64,000 nucleotides of DNA, taken from assembly GCA_047967505.1 (NCBI GenBank), contig CM106538.1; one strand, 5' to 3'. The DNA is from Dipteris shenzhenensis (taxonomy: Eukaryota). This document shows, one piece after another, positions 1 to 13,575 of the stretch; position 1 is the first letter of the stretch; the number at the start of each line of letters is the position of its first letter. The translations under genes and the position numbers were made by a program. Below the pieces are notes generated by a model. That model saw only the letters and a list, made by a program, of their open reading frames with translations. It ran no database searches and was not told where the DNA came from.

Positions 1-2091
1 AGGTATTTCTTTTTTCCATCTTGCATAGATAAAGGAATTTTACCAATCTATATAATAGGATGTGCAGTATCATCACCAGTCTCCACAAATACTAGTCTTT
101 CCATTTTCCTTGCATCCTGCATCCATTCTGCACGACCTGTCATGTGGTTTGACGCACCTGAGTCAACATACCACACATCATTGCTTTCTTCTGCACTTGT
201 CACAAAATTGGTTATGTGCTACACCATAAATAGATGCTCATTTCTGTCATCACCCTGTCTACTAGAGGATGCATAATTGCCTTGCTGCAATTTTCCAATC
301 ATGATGTCATTCTGCTTTTTATAGTAGTCTTTAGCCATATGAACCATTTTACCATAGCAGTAGCATTCAATATTGTTGTTTGCATTTTGGCCTCTCTGCC
401 ATCCACCACGACCTCTTTGGCTCCCCTTGCCTCTAAAGTTACCACATCCTCCTCCATAGGACTAGTTTTCTTGAATTTGATGCATATTCTGATTTCTGCC
501 ACGGCCTCCAAATTGGCCTGCTCTACCTCTACCTCTACCTCTTCCAGCATTTGAGTAGAAGATAGCTTCTTTTGAAGTTCCTCCTAAAGAAGATGCACCA
601 CCATTTCTCTACTCTTCAAAAATTAGAAGAGCAATCAACTCCTCAAAATTAGGAAAATTCTCATGGACGGCAATGGATGTCTGGAATTGTGCATAATCCT
701 TTCCTAGACCATTCAAGGTCATAGAAACTAAATCATCATCTTTCACTGGCCACCCAATAGAAGCAAGTACATCTGCAATCTTCTTCACCTTCATGTGGTA
801 GTCATTGATGCTCATATTTTCTCTCTGCCCATTATGCAACTCCTACTTGAGCTGGATTTTCCTGGCTTGCGTATTTGTGCTATACATTTTTGTCAAAGTA
901 TCCCATGCCTCCTTCAACATGCTTGCATCCTGAATATGCACAATCATAGAATCTAAAATATTGATAGACAGCCAGTACATAACTTTTCTGGCTCTCTCGT
1001 GCCAGCCTTTAAATGCCTACAACTCTTGTTGATTGGGAACATTAGGAATAACTGGTTCTTGTTCAGCTCCAGTAATGAACTCCCAATAGCCTTTTCCTTA
1101 AGGAAATTCGTCATTATAAACTTCCATGCTTGGAGGTTGATCTTGTCAAGCTTTTTAGTGACAATCTGTGAAAGAGCATCAGACGCCATTATAGAACACT
1201 GTAAAATATTCTATCACTGCAAAAAAACACAACTTCTGCCTCTCAAGAGCAAATCTGTAGAACTAATGAGAGTGGTATTTGACCACACAGTCACTTCGTA
1301 GTGATGATTATGAATCAATAGGCAATAAGAATGATTATTTCACTCCCAACATCTCTGTGCACAGGCATACGATGTAATTTCTATGATAACTTTTCACCGA
1401 CCTGTAGAATAGTGGTCGCACAGCAAAAATAGGGCACTTTCCTGAGTGCCTACGGAAAAACTTCCGCCAGCAAAACGGGCCATGAAATGGCTTTGAATCA
1501 AAAAAATAATTTCACCAAGGGCTCTGCCATATCTTGTAGCATATACTACCCTCTTGCCACACCGTGAACGGTGTCCCAATCTGAGATAGTGCACTCTTGC
1601 ACTTTGCGGCTGTGCTACCTATAGAGATTTGCTCCCAAACTCGAAAAAAAGGAAAGCAACACTGATCCTCTTACTAGGACACCGTGAACTGGGTTTGCTT
1701 TCTTGAGCTCCTTACCACAAACCGAGCTCTGATACCATGTGAAGAGAGTGGGAGAGAAGGAAGGAGTCTCACTTGCAGCTTTCTCACATACACAATGGGG
1801 GGAATATACACAAAGGTGGAGGCTGAAAACAATTTTCCTCTTCTTAGTTGTGAAAGCCAAAAGAACTCTAAGTACAAAAGAATAGGTGAACCCTATATGT
1901 GGGTCTCAAACCAAACTCAACTAACTAAGGTGGCATACTAACTGGGCCACTAACTAGAGTACATAAAGATAGCTTTCATCCAGCTATTATTCATGGGTGG
2001 TGTACCAATTGCATCTATAGCTAGCAAGTCGGTGACATAAATCCACAACAGTCACCCTAGCATATCACGAGTGGAGCTCGATATCTCAACA
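1..2091 (-). mobile_element. Ty1/copia LTR retrotransposon, 5' part (degenerate gag, same family as 8915-14423), cut by window edge
   Basis: LTR 1738-2091 (TG...CA) nearly identical to 14071-14423. PBS TGGTATCAGAGC on minus strand at 1726-1737. Frameshifted gag fragments (MASDALSQIVTKKLDK..., DYHMKVKKIAD) match the 929-aa ORF. Confidence 0.93.
1738..2091 (-). repeat. 5' LTR of copia element
   Basis: TGTGAAGA...ATCTCAACA, adjacent to PBS; alignable with the LTRs at 8915 and 14071. Confidence 0.92.
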
Positions 2092-2499
2092 CTTAGTTGT
2101 GTCTACACTGCACTTAAATAGGGAGAGAGTGCATTAAGCCCAACCTTCTCAATCTTGAGTCTCATGTTAGTTTGGTAATAAAAATATTTGAGTTCAGTGA
2201 GCCTGACCTTCTCATTCTTCAGTCTCATGTTAGTTGCCTAGACTAGCCAAAATATTTCATCTCACATTAGTTGTCTAACCGAAATCTTTCATCTCACATT
2301 ACTTGTCAAATCGGAATCTTTGGTCTCATTATTATCACTGCATTGGCGTGGATCAAAGGACACTATCTAGTCACATAGCTGAGAAAACATTGCCCAAGTA
2401 AACTCTGGAGAAGATTAACAATTCAATAGATTACACACATATTACGTAGATTACATCTCAAAGGCTCCTTTCCTTCAGATTACATTTCAAGGACTCCTT

Positions 2500-5400
2500 G
2501 AGATCCCTGATTGTAGGCTCAGCCCTCCTTGCTCCTTTCCATAATGGGACTAGTTCCTTCCTGTAGGGGCCCCCAGCCCCTCCCTTCATGTCGCTTCCTC
2601 TTTCTTGATTTGAGCTTCTTGGTTGCAGGCTCGTCGACCCTTCCTACTCCATTCTTGAAGAGGGCTGGTTCCTCCCTTCAGGATCCTTTTCCTTGCAGCC
2701 AGGATCAATCTTGGCCTTCTTTAATTTGAGCTCCTTGTCTTTTGTGTCTTTTGCCCAAATGGCAAATTGAGCTACAGCATCTACTTTCTCATCATATATA
2801 GTTGTACTAGGTAGGCACATTTGATCTGTCCACCATGATCTGGGCAATGGCAAATCGCATTCGCTCTATAGCTAGATTTTGTATGCACAAATACCCCAAA
2901 CCAAAAAACATGCACAGGTCGTAGCACGCAGGCCACCGAATATAACAGTTATCTATGAATATAGGGGCATGGAAGACCATGCATTTCGGACACTGCTGCA
3001 TAGTAGGATAGGCATTCAATTTAACTATTGTGGCCGTCAATACCATGGTCTTGCTCTGTACATGAAGAAGTTGCTTCTTGATTCCTTTCTCCCTCATTCT
3101 AAGGCTGTGGATCTTCTCCTTCATCTCATCCACTTTTTTCTCACTCTGTGCAACAGCTTCATCTGAATCCCTCAGCATCTATTGAAGCTACTTAAATTGC
3201 TCAAAAACATATTCATGGGCCATTTCCAAGACTTCCACTCTAGTTTGGAAATCTCTCGGGACAAAGGACTACTTTTCATATCTATCAAAAGCCATGCAAA
3301 GCTCGTGCACAACCCTATTGAATTCTTCTTGTAGGGTCTTGTAGCTTACTCTTTGGACTTCCAACAGTGTTTCGAAAAAACAACCCTCACAGTGACTACT
3401 GCAAATAATTGCTCCACTGTGACTGCTGCAACTTGCTCCATCGTGGCTACTCTCTACATCCTTCCTGGCCTAGAGAGCTGTGTCATTGTCTTCTCCACCC
3501 CAGCTGCTCTATGCCCCATCCTTCTTGGCCTTGAAGCTCTCTCGCAATTCCTACATCACCTTTCTAGTTTTTGCATTCTCCTTTTTTTTGCTCCTCCATC
3601 ATCTGGTCTTTTTCAATGTTCAATGCATTCTACATGTTATAGAGCCATTTGTAAAGACCCTCCTTTTCATCTCTCTAAGCTTCAACTTCCACTACTTCTC
3701 AAAAAAATGTGCTTGCAAACTGCCTCTAAAAAATCCTAGAGCATTTTCAATCATGCTTTCATTGATTGTAATCTTTTGACCTTGCTAGACTAGTTGCCCC
3801 TCCTTCACATTCACCTCCTATACCAACCTATTGAAGTTTTGGAGAGCATCTAAATTGGGCTTTTGAAGAGCGAGAGAGGAGCTCCCAAATGTCATGATTT
3901 TGAGATCAGGGTCAAAAAATTCATATTTCCTAAGGAATACGCCATCTATCTCATCAGCCATTTCCTTGAGTTGCTGTTCTACATGTTGTAGTGCATGAAG
4001 CTATTGCTTTAACAAAAGATTCTCGATTTGAAGTTCATTGTGATTCGCTCCCATTCGGTCGAGCTGGACAAGGAATTTGTCCTTCATCTCTTGGAGCCAA
4101 CCTGTCACAGTAGGCATGCAAGCCTATTGTACCTTGACCTATGCTGTTAGATTTGCACTATGTTTGCTCTGCTACTCCGTAGACTTTGCATATTCTTCCT
4201 AAAGTTCTACAAGTTTGGCCTGTGCACTAGCAAGTTGTGATGCATGTCAGACTATTTGGTCATGAATTCCTGTGCTGCCTCTTTTTCTTTCTACAATTGT
4301 TGGACCTGTTGCTGCAGCTTTGCTTGTTCGTTCTTTTGGTGTTCAAAATACTGTTGGAGTACAAGCAGGGCATTGCCCGCCTGCATGCCTGACACCTCTA
4401 TCTTTACTGCGAATGCTTATGTGTCCTTCACAAGAGTTTCCTGCAAGTTTAGGTTGTAGATTGGAGATAGATTTTCACTTGGGGGGTGAGTTGAGGAGCA
4501 ACTGGGCCACTCGTTCTCGAGCTTTAGCCATGTTTCCTTAGGCATCATTGCTTTAGCTCATTGATTAAGCTTGATCTTTTTGGCAGATTTCTATTTCGCT
4601 TACTAAGGGGGCATCTCCTCCTTGTGCAGTGGCATGTCCCAGAGTGTATCTGCCAAGGACTTACCATATATTGCTTGTAATGCCTGCATGGAGTACTGCA
4701 TATGAATCCCAGCTCATTGCGTTTGGCTTGACCAAAAGTTGCATTCTTTCTAGATACCACACCAATTGTTGGCAATGGCCTGTATCTTGCACATTACTAA
4801 CAAAGAAATAAAATTTCTCCATTTTAGGCTCCTTGTGCATGTCACTATCTACATCCTTCTTGTATGCAATTTCCTCCCTAATCAAAGGCAATTGAAAAAC
4901 CTCCGAGATAATCTCAGGTGTCACCATGAGATTGTTGCACAACATACCTCTCGATTTTTGGAAAGCTTCATATTGTGCGAGAGGATCTTGTGGAGCCTTC
5001 TAGGATGTCCACAGAAGACTCGCATACTGAAGCAGGCCAATCTCCTTTAACCATTTTTGGCTTTTGCAGAGGTCCAGAGAGACGTTGAAGTTGGCAAATC
5101 TAGCCGTCACAATCTGTTTCTTGAGCAGTGGCTGGGGGGGTTCGTCATCGGACTCTGTCTCCTCACTCTCTGCGATGACGATCGCCTTCTCCCTGTTTGG
5201 GCTTGTTCAGTGGCTCTTTCTTGGCAGAGTCAGGGACTTCTTGTTGTGACCCATCTCGTTGTCTAGAAAAGCGGCTCTCTGAAGGAGCTCTAGCGATGCC
5301 TCTTGTGGTTCGAAAGGAAAGGAGTTGTGATCCTCAAACTATGATTCGGAGCCATTTGAAGAGAAGTTTGAGTGCAGAAGTTATTGTTCACTAGGCTTGT

Positions 5401-5700
5401 GTGGAGATTCACTAGTAGTCTCACATGTGTCGAACTGGCAGTTTGAAGCAGCGATTGGGTGTGTGTATAATCCACCTCCCATTCCTCCTTACTTATATGA
5501 GTCTTTTTCATGGAGTCGGTAAGGCGTGCATCGACGATAATGCTTTTCCTCATGTTGAGGGTGTTGCTTGTGTGAGCAGCCTTGTTGAATTTTGTACCAT
5601 TGATTCTGTGTATACATGCACTAATGGGTCGGTATGGCTAGTCCAGTGTCCTCTATGAGTCGGCGAGCTGAGGGTGGAGTGAGGTTGGACAGGTGGAGCA
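2500..5700 (-). pseudogene. Degenerate TE-associated ORF (plant transposon protein-like segment plus coiled-coil region)
   Basis: Stop-riddled minus-strand reading frames (VTPEIISEVFQLP; K/E-rich coiled-coil 2807-3178). No catalytic motif recognised. Confidence 0.35.
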
Positions 5701-5719
5701 TAGTCAGACAGCAAAAGGA

Positions 5720-5885
5720 AAAGGTACGATTGCTCTCAAGTCAAATGGAGTTGTAAAATAGTTGTCCAATATTCTTTTTGTGCCAGATATCAAGAGGAAC
5801 TTGTTGTCCATTTTTGTGATCACGGATCGGGACCTCAAAGTTCAATTTGATAAGAATGGTGCACAGATCCTAGATCTGCAAGGAG
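5720..5885 (+). pseudogene. Small copia pol fragment (post-protease region)
   Basis: LSNILFVPDIKRNLLS...LKVQFDK resembles LSDVFHVPNITKNLVS of the copia ORF in this window. Confidence 0.6.
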
Positions 5886-6292
5886 CCACCAACGCGATGG
5901 TTTTCTTCTATTATTACAAGATGAATGGATTTGTAGGATTTGTGCATTCATTATGGAAAACCAACATGCTGGTTGTTGGGATATACTAAAAGCAAGCATG
6001 GGATGAAATTTGACATTTAAAAAAATGATAAACAACCTAAAGGGAACTTGTTTAATATAGCACTGTGTAACAAATTTTAGGATAGTATGGTAGTAGTGTA
6101 GGTATAGCATGGTAGTAGTACAGCATAAGTTATCACTGGCGTAGTGGTTGGTTGCACTAGGATATTAACAGCCACCAACGCAATGGTTTGCTTCTATTAT
6201 TACAAGATGAATGGATTTGTAGGATGTGTGGATTCGTTATGGGGGAAACCAGTGTAGTAGTTGTTGGGATACACTAAAAACAAGCATGGGAT
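5884..6292. repeat. ~120-bp direct repeat pair (5884-6005 and 6170-6292)
   Basis: AGCCACCAACGC...TTACAAGATGAATGGATTTGTAGG...CAAGCATGGGAT occurs twice. Confidence 0.8.
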
Positions 6293-6526
6293 TTACCGTT
6301 TGGGATTTACAAAAATAATTTAATAAAACTAGCACAGTGGTTGTTTGGGATATACTAAAAAGAAGCATAGTCTCAAATACAAATTCCATTTTCTAGAACA
6401 AGTGGATATATTGTTTCCTTGCAATGAGACTACATAAATTTTCTTAGTACTATCTCAGTTGTCCTCAGCCACCGCTCCAAGACACCCCAAGATGTGCTCA
6501 TGCATGTCTAAATCCAATTTGAAGAC

Positions 6527-7464
6527 TATAACATCCACGGAGTACAGTCGTCGAATGCAGGGTAATGAGTGATTAGAGGTGATTAGGCTTCATGATTTAC
6601 TTCAACAGTTGCATCCATGGAAGGAGTACAGTACATGCTCAGGGAAATTGAGCCCCAAATACCCCAAGGTCAAAGATTGCAGGCAACAGGCACAAGTTGT
6701 AGGTCCCAGCTCATAGATTGCAGGTTCCAGCTACAAGTTGTAGTGGTTGTGTCTTGCAGGAGTCAAGCCTCACCACTCTAGGTTCTGGTCCTCATATACA
6801 GGGGGTTTGAACCCCAAATAGCTTAGGGCTTGGAGGTGCGAGGCTAACACAAGCGCTATTTGGGAGATGATTAGGAACACCTCCTAATTCCAGGCTTGTC
6901 CCAAGCGCTCTTATATGGTTAACACAAGCGCTATTTACGCTAGTAGGGAGAGATGGAAAGAATAGAAATATTCCTTGGCACCTTACGAGCCCAAGAGCCT
7001 TTTAATGTAAAGAGAGGGAGAGTGCTAAAATAAAAAGTGTTGACCCTCCCTTCAAAAGGTGACATGTATAAAAGGCCAAATGGTTGACTTTGGTCTTCAT
7101 TGTTGTATGCACAAGTTTGGAATACAAGCTCCCTCTTCTCTTTCAAGAGTGTCTTTGGGTGTTCTCTTGTTTCCTTTGTAGTGCCTTTATGTTTGCCACT
7201 CCATCCCCCTTCACTCTCCTCTTCCCTTCTCCTTTTCCCTCCCTTCTCCCCTCTCTTCTCCCATCTGTCTCTTCCCTCTTTCTCTCATGGAAACACGTTG
7301 CAACAATTCGGGATCCTCTTGAGTGACACATGTGGATGGATCATTCCTTGCATTTCTCTCTCAAGGAGTAGCTTGGAGTGGAGGCTCCATGGTCATTCCT
7401 TCAAGATCCACATGACATGTGAGTCACCGTCAAGACTACACATTTTTGGCACCAATGCCAGGGA
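6527..7464 (+). mobile_element. 5' LTR plus PBS of an Athila-like Gypsy element (truncated)
   Basis: 6527-7442 is an inverted homologue of the LTR at 8596-15578. It is followed by TGGCACCAATGCCAGGGA (7447-7464), resembling the Athila-type PBS TGGCGCCGTTGCCGGGGA. Confidence 0.7.
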
Positions 7465-8616
7465 ATGGAGGTATGCTTTTGCATTGCACTTGCCTTTTTT
7501 CGCTATCTACGCATTGCACAAGGTTTCAAGCTTAACTTGGAGCTTTATTAGTGGAGAGGAAAAGAGTGAATAAGTGTGAGTTTGGATGGAAAAGTTACAA
7601 AAAATGTCATTTTCTAGTGGAGAGTCTTTTTGATAATTTGAAGCTTGTTTTTTATGTTTCTTAGTGTTTTGAGTTGGTAGGAAGATAGTTTGAAAGATTA
7701 ATAAGGAGTGTATGATGTATAAACACACAAAAACCAACCAAGAATGATGATTCATGCTGAATTTCAAAGTTGTTTTGTGTGGTAAACCTCTCCCCTCAAG
7801 AAATCTTGCATTTTGGCATTCAGAAGTTGTTTTCTTTCAAGTTTTTTTCATTGACTAGGTAGACTAGGTAGTATAGCACCCCCCTAGCATAGAAAAACTT
7901 GAATAGAAACTCAAAATCCTTCCCAAAAAAAAAAAACCAGTCAGCAACATAGCATTTTTCTATCCCCATAGGTCGGCATGATAGCGCTATCCCACCGACT
8001 GTTGCCATGGCCGTATCTTGTCGACTTAACTTTTGACCATAGTCTAACATGCCGCCCTAATTAAATTCATCTCAGAGTTGATTATCCCACCGGCTTGATA
8101 GCCATTGACCGTGGCCATAGCGTATATCCCCGCAACCATAGCTATAATGTTATCCTATCGATCATTGTGTTCAGTCATCCCCACGAACCTTGCTATAATT
8201 ATTCCATTGACCGGCACATTAGTCATTCTCTTGCTAACCCCATTATCCCTCTGATCATTGTCTTAAACTCATCCCTACATCCGTGGGGATACAACCTACA
8301 TCCTATCCCACCAAACACATGGCACTATCTATCCCACCAACCGACACGTTACGTCCTATCCCACTGACCATCGCCATCATAGAGCTATCCTTACAGCTGT
8401 GGGGATACCTCTGGGGTAGTCCATAATAAAAATTCTAGAACTATAGTTTAGCCTGAGTGTGCCTAGTTAGAGGTCTCATAGATGCACTTGCGGTCCGAGA
8501 GAATTTTGTCCAAGGATCCCGTGTCAGAAGATAGTGCTTCGAGCTATGCTCATCCCACCTTTCGCCCTAGCTGGGGATTCAGCCCGATCCGAAAGTGTGG
8601 TGGGTCTCAGTGGTGA

Positions 8617-8865
8617 CCTCGGGGGGGTCACTCATCATATGTAACCCTATCACGTGAGTTCAAAAGAAGGATATTTTTTATTCCTAGAATTTACAGAAAT
8701 AAATATACATAAGGGACTATTTTAAATAGTTTTGGAAAAAATTTACAGATTTGTATAGAAAAGGGGTACATTTTATTAATGAAAAAACTTACAGATAAGG
8801 GATTTTAAATATAGGCCTTGAACGCACGTGATATAGAGGGTTTATACATAGTGACCCCCCCGAGG
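8617..8865. mobile_element. MITE
   Basis: TIRs CCTCGGGGGGGTCACT / AGTGACCCCCCCGAGG, AT-rich interior, TGGTGA duplicated at 8611-8616 and 8866-8871. Confidence 0.85.
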
Positions 8866-9221
8866 TGGTGACTCACGTGTCGTGGGGTAGTTGAAGATAT
8901 GTCGACAGAGCTTCTGTGAAGATAGTGGGAGAGAGGGAAGGAGTCTCACTTGATGCTTTCTCACATGCACAATGGGGGAATACACACGAAGGTGGAGGCT
9001 GAAAAACAGTTTTCCTCTTCTTAGTTGTGTAAGCCAAAAGAACTACAAAGAAATAGAGGAACCCTATATGTGGGTCTCAAACCAAACTCAACTAACTAAG
9101 GTGGCATACTAACTGAGCCACGAACTAGTGTAGATAAGGATAGCTATCATCCAGCTATTATTCGTGGGCAGTTACCAACCGCATCTCCAGCTAACAAGTC
9201 GGTGACATAAATGCACAACAG

Positions 9222-10785
9222 TCACCCTGGCATATCGCGAGTGGAGCTCGATATCTCAACACTCCCCCTCGAGCTCAATCCCAATTCCTGCACACCAAGC
9301 AGGTCTCTGAACTTGCGCAGCTTCTCCGCGCCCAATGCTTTCGTGAATATGTCAGCTACCTGATCCTCTGTGCTGACATAAACTAGATCAATAAGACCTA
9401 GTAAAACCTTCTCCTGCACATAGTGATAATGCACCTCAATGTGCTTTGTTCTGGCATGAAAGACTGGGTTCTTTGCCAAGTGTATACTGGCCCATCTGTA
9501 GACTGATGCATATCATAGAGTAGCTTATGCAACCAAGCTACCTCACATGCAACCATTGCTGCACCCCTGTACTCAGCCTCTATGCTCGACAAGGCAACTG
9601 TAGGTTGTTTCTTGCTGCTCCAAGTGACTGCAGCACTCCCAAAAGAGAACATATATCCACTGGTAGATCGTCTATCAGAAACACTACCAACCCAATCAGC
9701 ATCAGTGTATCCATGCAACTGTATATCTGAACCCCAGCCTCATAAAATAGTCCATACTGCAATGTGGACTTCACATACCTGAGTATGCGTCTAGCCGCAT
9801 CCAAATGCAGTTTCCTTGGAGCCTGCATAAACTGACTTACCAACCCAACAGCATAGCTCAAATCTAGCCTGGTAATAGTCATGTAAATCAAACTTCCTAC
9901 TATGCGTCTATACATAGTAGGGTCTTCCAGAAGCTCACCTGCATCTGCGCTCAGCTTCACATTCTGCTCCAAAGGAACTGAAATAGGCTTACAGCCTGTC
10001 ATCCCATATTTGGACAGCATGTCCAGTCCATACTGCCTCTGCAAGAGCTGTATCCCACTTGGTGATCTAATCACCTCAATGCCCAAGAAATAACGCAGCT
10101 CTCCCAAATCCTTCATCTCAAACTTCTGCCTCAATAGCATTTTCACATGAAGGATATCTTCATCACTATCACCTGTGATGATCAAATCATCAACATAAAT
10201 GACCAGCAGCATAATCCCTTTCTCTGTTTTTCTCACATAGAGTGAGAAATCTGCCTTGGAAATCTGAAAGCCAATAGTGACAAGATACTGTCCTATCTTG
10301 TCAGACCATGCTCTAGGTGCTTGCTTCAAGCCATACAAGGCTTTCTTCAACCTGCAAACAAACTTGGGATGAATAGCATGAACATAACCTGCTGGCTGCT
10401 CCATAAAGACCTCTTCTTGCAAATCACCATGCAAGAAGGCATTCTTTACATCCATCTGATGTAAAGACCATCCCTTTGATGCAGCCATAGCAATGGCTGC
10501 TCTTACGGTTGCCATCCTTGCAACCGGGCTGAAAGTTTCTTCATAATCAATGCCATATGTCTGTGCATACCCCTTGACAACTAATCTTGCCTTGTATCTA
10601 TTCACAGAACCATATGCATTGTGCTTGATCTTATAAACCCACTTACAACCAATTGCATTCTTGCCTTTAGGCAAAGGCACCAATTCCCATGTAGCATTAG
10701 CATCCAAGGCATCCATTTCTTCATCCATGGCTTTCTCCCATTTTTCATTTCCCATGGCTTGCTCAAAAGAAGTGGGTTCTGGTTC
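9222..10785 (-). pseudogene. copia reverse transcriptase-RNase H, in frame after the TAG but with two frameshifts in RNase H
   Basis: YKARLV, QMDVKNAFLHG, LYGLKQAPRAW, IYVDDL, GYTDADW, SSIEAEY, RTKHIEVHYH spread over ORFs 9580-10755, 9398-9718 and 9222-9479. Confidence 0.93.
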
Positions 10786-13575
10786 CTATATCACTTTGAC
10801 CATATAGGCATAGTGAATGGCTGTAAATCCATCATATTTCAGTCTATCCACAGGATACCTAACCCTGGTAGACCTGTGCAAAATAGGCTCACTTCCAGGT
10901 GCTCTCAAAACATCCCTGGTCTTCCTTACTCCAGGTGTAACAATAGAAGGAATACCCAACTCATCATCAATGCTCTGTTCTGAGCCACTGGATTCACCAT
11001 CCACACAAGAGTGACCTGCATTCACATCATACATGGGCTGATCTACCTTCTCTTTCCCTTTTCGTGATACCTGCGTACCACTCTCTGCATTGCTTTGAGG
11101 GGATTCTCCTGATCTCAATCTGCCTGTCCATGGCGAAGTATGTGAACCACTGGTAGAGGACACTCCAGGTCCACTAATATTTTGTGATTGCTGCTGTGCG
11201 TTCTGTGCAGCACTACCATTTTGTGCATCTACATCAATCATCACATTTACTGGTTTATACCAGCTGCTCATCTCATCAAAAACAACATCTCTGCTCACTG
11301 TGAACTTACGTGTAGAAGGGTTATAGCATCTATACCCTTTCTGCTGTAGAGAATAACCAATAAAGACGCACTTCTCAGCTTTTGGATCCAACTTGGACCT
11401 CAACTCATCTGGCACATAGACATAGGCAATGCAACCAAAAATCTTCAAATGAGAAATATCTGGTTTCCTACCAGTATACATCTCCTCTGGCGTCATGCCA
11501 TGTATTGCTGCAGTGGGAGTCCTGTTCATTATATAGACTGCTGTAGCAACTGCTTCAGCCCAATAATAATCTGGTAGATCTTTTTCATTTAGCATAGCTC
11601 GAGATACCTCTCCAATATGCCTGTTTTTTCTTTCTGCAATTCCATTTTGCTGTGGGGTATGACTGCATGAATATTGCTGCTTTATACCATGCTCCTGCAA
11701 GAACCTTGCAAACTCATTTGAGAGGTACTCTCCCCCTCCATCTGACCTTAGGCATTTTATTTGCAGGCCTGTTTCTTTTTCAACCATAGCTTTGAAAGCT
11801 TTGAAGTGCCCAAACACTTCACTTTTCTTTTTCATAAAATACACCCACAGTTTTCTGCTGAAGTCATCAATAAATGTGACAAAATAGTGACAACCTCCAA
11901 TAGATGCAGCTTTTGTAGTCCACACATCAGAGTGGATTAATTCCAATGGCTTTTTACTCTCTTGAACATGCCTAGGAAAAGGTTTCCTTGCCTGTTTCCC
12001 AAATTGACAGGCTTCACAAACCTTGTGCATTTCTGCAACCTTGAATTTAGGCAATCCTGCAACAATATTTTGGGCTTGCATTAATTTTAGTCGCTGTATA
12101 TTAACATGACCAATGCGTTTGTGCCAAATATCAATATCTGCAACTACACCGGTCCCATGTGCAAACATTGCTGCACTCAATTCAGGCATGTTTGCATCCA
12201 ACGTAAACATCCTGCCCTTCTTCTTTCCTTTTGCTATCAAGCGACCGTTATTTTTCATATCCTCAACAAAGCATCCATGAGGATTAAATCTAACCTGCAA
12301 GCCCTGCTCAACCATTTGACCAACAGAAACCAGGTTCTTGGTGATGTTGGGGACATGAAATACATCAGACAAGTATTTCTTTTTCCCATCCTGCATAGAC
12401 AAAGGAATTTTGCCAATCTGCACAATAGGATGTGCAGTATCATCACCAGTCTCCACAAATCCTGGTTTTTCCATTTTTCTTGCATCCTGCATCCATTCAG
12501 TGTGACCTGACATGTGGTTTGACGCACCCGAGTCAACATACCACACATCATTGCTTTCTTCTGCACTTGTTACAGAATTTGTCATATGCTGCACCATAAA
12601 CAAATGCTCATTTCTGTCATCACCTTGTCTACTAGAGGATGCATAATTGCCTTGCTGCAATTTTCCACTCATAATGTCATTCTGCTTTTTGTAGCAGTCT
12701 TTAGCCATATGACCCATTTTGCCACAATAGTAGCATTCAACATTGCCGTTTGCATTTTGGCTTCTCTGCCATCCACCACGGCCTCTTTGGCTCCCCCTGC
12801 CTCTAGAGTTACCACATCCTCCTGCATAGGACTGGTTTTCTTGCGTTTGCTGCATATTCTGATTTCTACCATGGCCTGCAGATCGGCCTCCTCTACCTCT
12901 GCCTCTACCTTTGCCAGCATTTGAGTAGAAGACAGTTTCTTTTGAAGTTCCTGCTGAAGAAGATGCACCCCCATTTCTCTGCTCTTCAGAAATTAGAAGA
13001 GCAATCAACTCCTCAAAATCAGGAAAGTTTTCACGGACGGCAATGGATGTCCGGAACTGTGGATAATCCTTTCCTAGACCATTCAAGGTCACAGAAACCA
13101 AATCGTCATCATCCATAGGCGACCCAATGGAAGCAAGTGCATCTGCAATTTTCTTCACTTTCATGTGGTAGTCATTTATGCTCAAATTTTCTCTCTGCAC
13201 ATTGTGCAACTCTTGTTTGAGTTGCATTTTCCTGGCTTGTGTATTTGTGCTGTACATTTTTGCCAAAGTATCCCATGCCTCCTTTGGCGTATTTACATCC
13301 TGAATATGCACAATCATGGAGTCCGAAATGCTGATAGACAGCCAGTACATAACTTTCCTGGCTCTCTCATGCCATCCTTTGAATGCCTGCATTTCCTGTT
13401 GACTGGGAACATTAGGAAGAACAGGTTCTTCTTCATTTCCTGTAATGAATTCCCAATAGCCTTTTCCCATTAAGAAATTTGTCATTCTAAACTTCCATGC
13501 CTGGAAGTTGTTCTTGTCAAGCTTTTCAGTGACAATCTGTGAAAGAGAATCAGATGCCATTATAGAACACTGCAA
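10786..13575 (-). CDS. copia gag-protease-integrase polyprotein (929 aa, ends at premature TAG)
   Basis: Zn knuckle CYYCGKMGHMAKDC, protease WYVDSGASNH, GAG-pre-integrase WHKRIGH...CEAC, integrase FIDDFSR/SDGGGEY/PQQNGIAER, GKGY-type KGYRCY. Confidence 0.93.
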   Translation of the reverse strand: MQCSIMASDSLSQIVTEKLDKNNFQAWKFRMTNFLMGKGYWEFITGNEEEPVLPNVPSQQEMQAFKGWHERARKVMYWLSISISDSMIVHIQDVNTPKEAWDTLAKMYSTNTQARKMQLKQELHNVQRENLSINDYHMKVKKIADALASIGSPMDDDDLVSVTLNGLGKDYPQFRTSIAVRENFPDFEELIALLISEEQRNGGASSSAGTSKETVFYSNAGKGRGRGRGGRSAGHGRNQNMQQTQENQSYAGGCGNSRGRGSQRGRGGWQRSQNANGNVECYYCGKMGHMAKDCYKKQNDIMSGKLQQGNYASSSRQGDDRNEHLFMVQHMTNSVTSAEESNDVWYVDSGASNHMSGHTEWMQDARKMEKPGFVETGDDTAHPIVQIGKIPLSMQDGKKKYLSDVFHVPNITKNLVSVGQMVEQGLQVRFNPHGCFVEDMKNNGRLIAKGKKKGRMFTLDANMPELSAAMFAHGTGVVADIDIWHKRIGHVNIQRLKLMQAQNIVAGLPKFKVAEMHKVCEACQFGKQARKPFPRHVQESKKPLELIHSDVWTTKAASIGGCHYFVTFIDDFSRKLWVYFMKKKSEVFGHFKAFKAMVEKETGLQIKCLRSDGGGEYLSNEFARFLQEHGIKQQYSCSHTPQQNGIAERKNRHIGEVSRAMLNEKDLPDYYWAEAVATAVYIMNRTPTAAIHGMTPEEMYTGRKPDISHLKIFGCIAYVYVPDELRSKLDPKAEKCVFIGYSLQQKGYRCYNPSTRKFTVSRDVVFDEMSSWYKPVNVMIDVDAQNGSAAQNAQQQSQNISGPGVSSTSGSHTSPWTGRLRSGESPQSNAESGTQVSRKGKEKVDQPMYDVNAGHSCVDGESSGSEQSIDDELGIPSIVTPGVRKTRDVLRAPGSEPILHRSTRVRYPVDRLKYDGFTAIHYAYMVKVI

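Noticed and set aside
10756-10788. Programmed stop-codon readthrough between integrase and RT
   Set aside because: TAG is followed by GAACCA, not a CARYYA-type readthrough context, and the RNase H is also frameshifted; simple decay is more likely.
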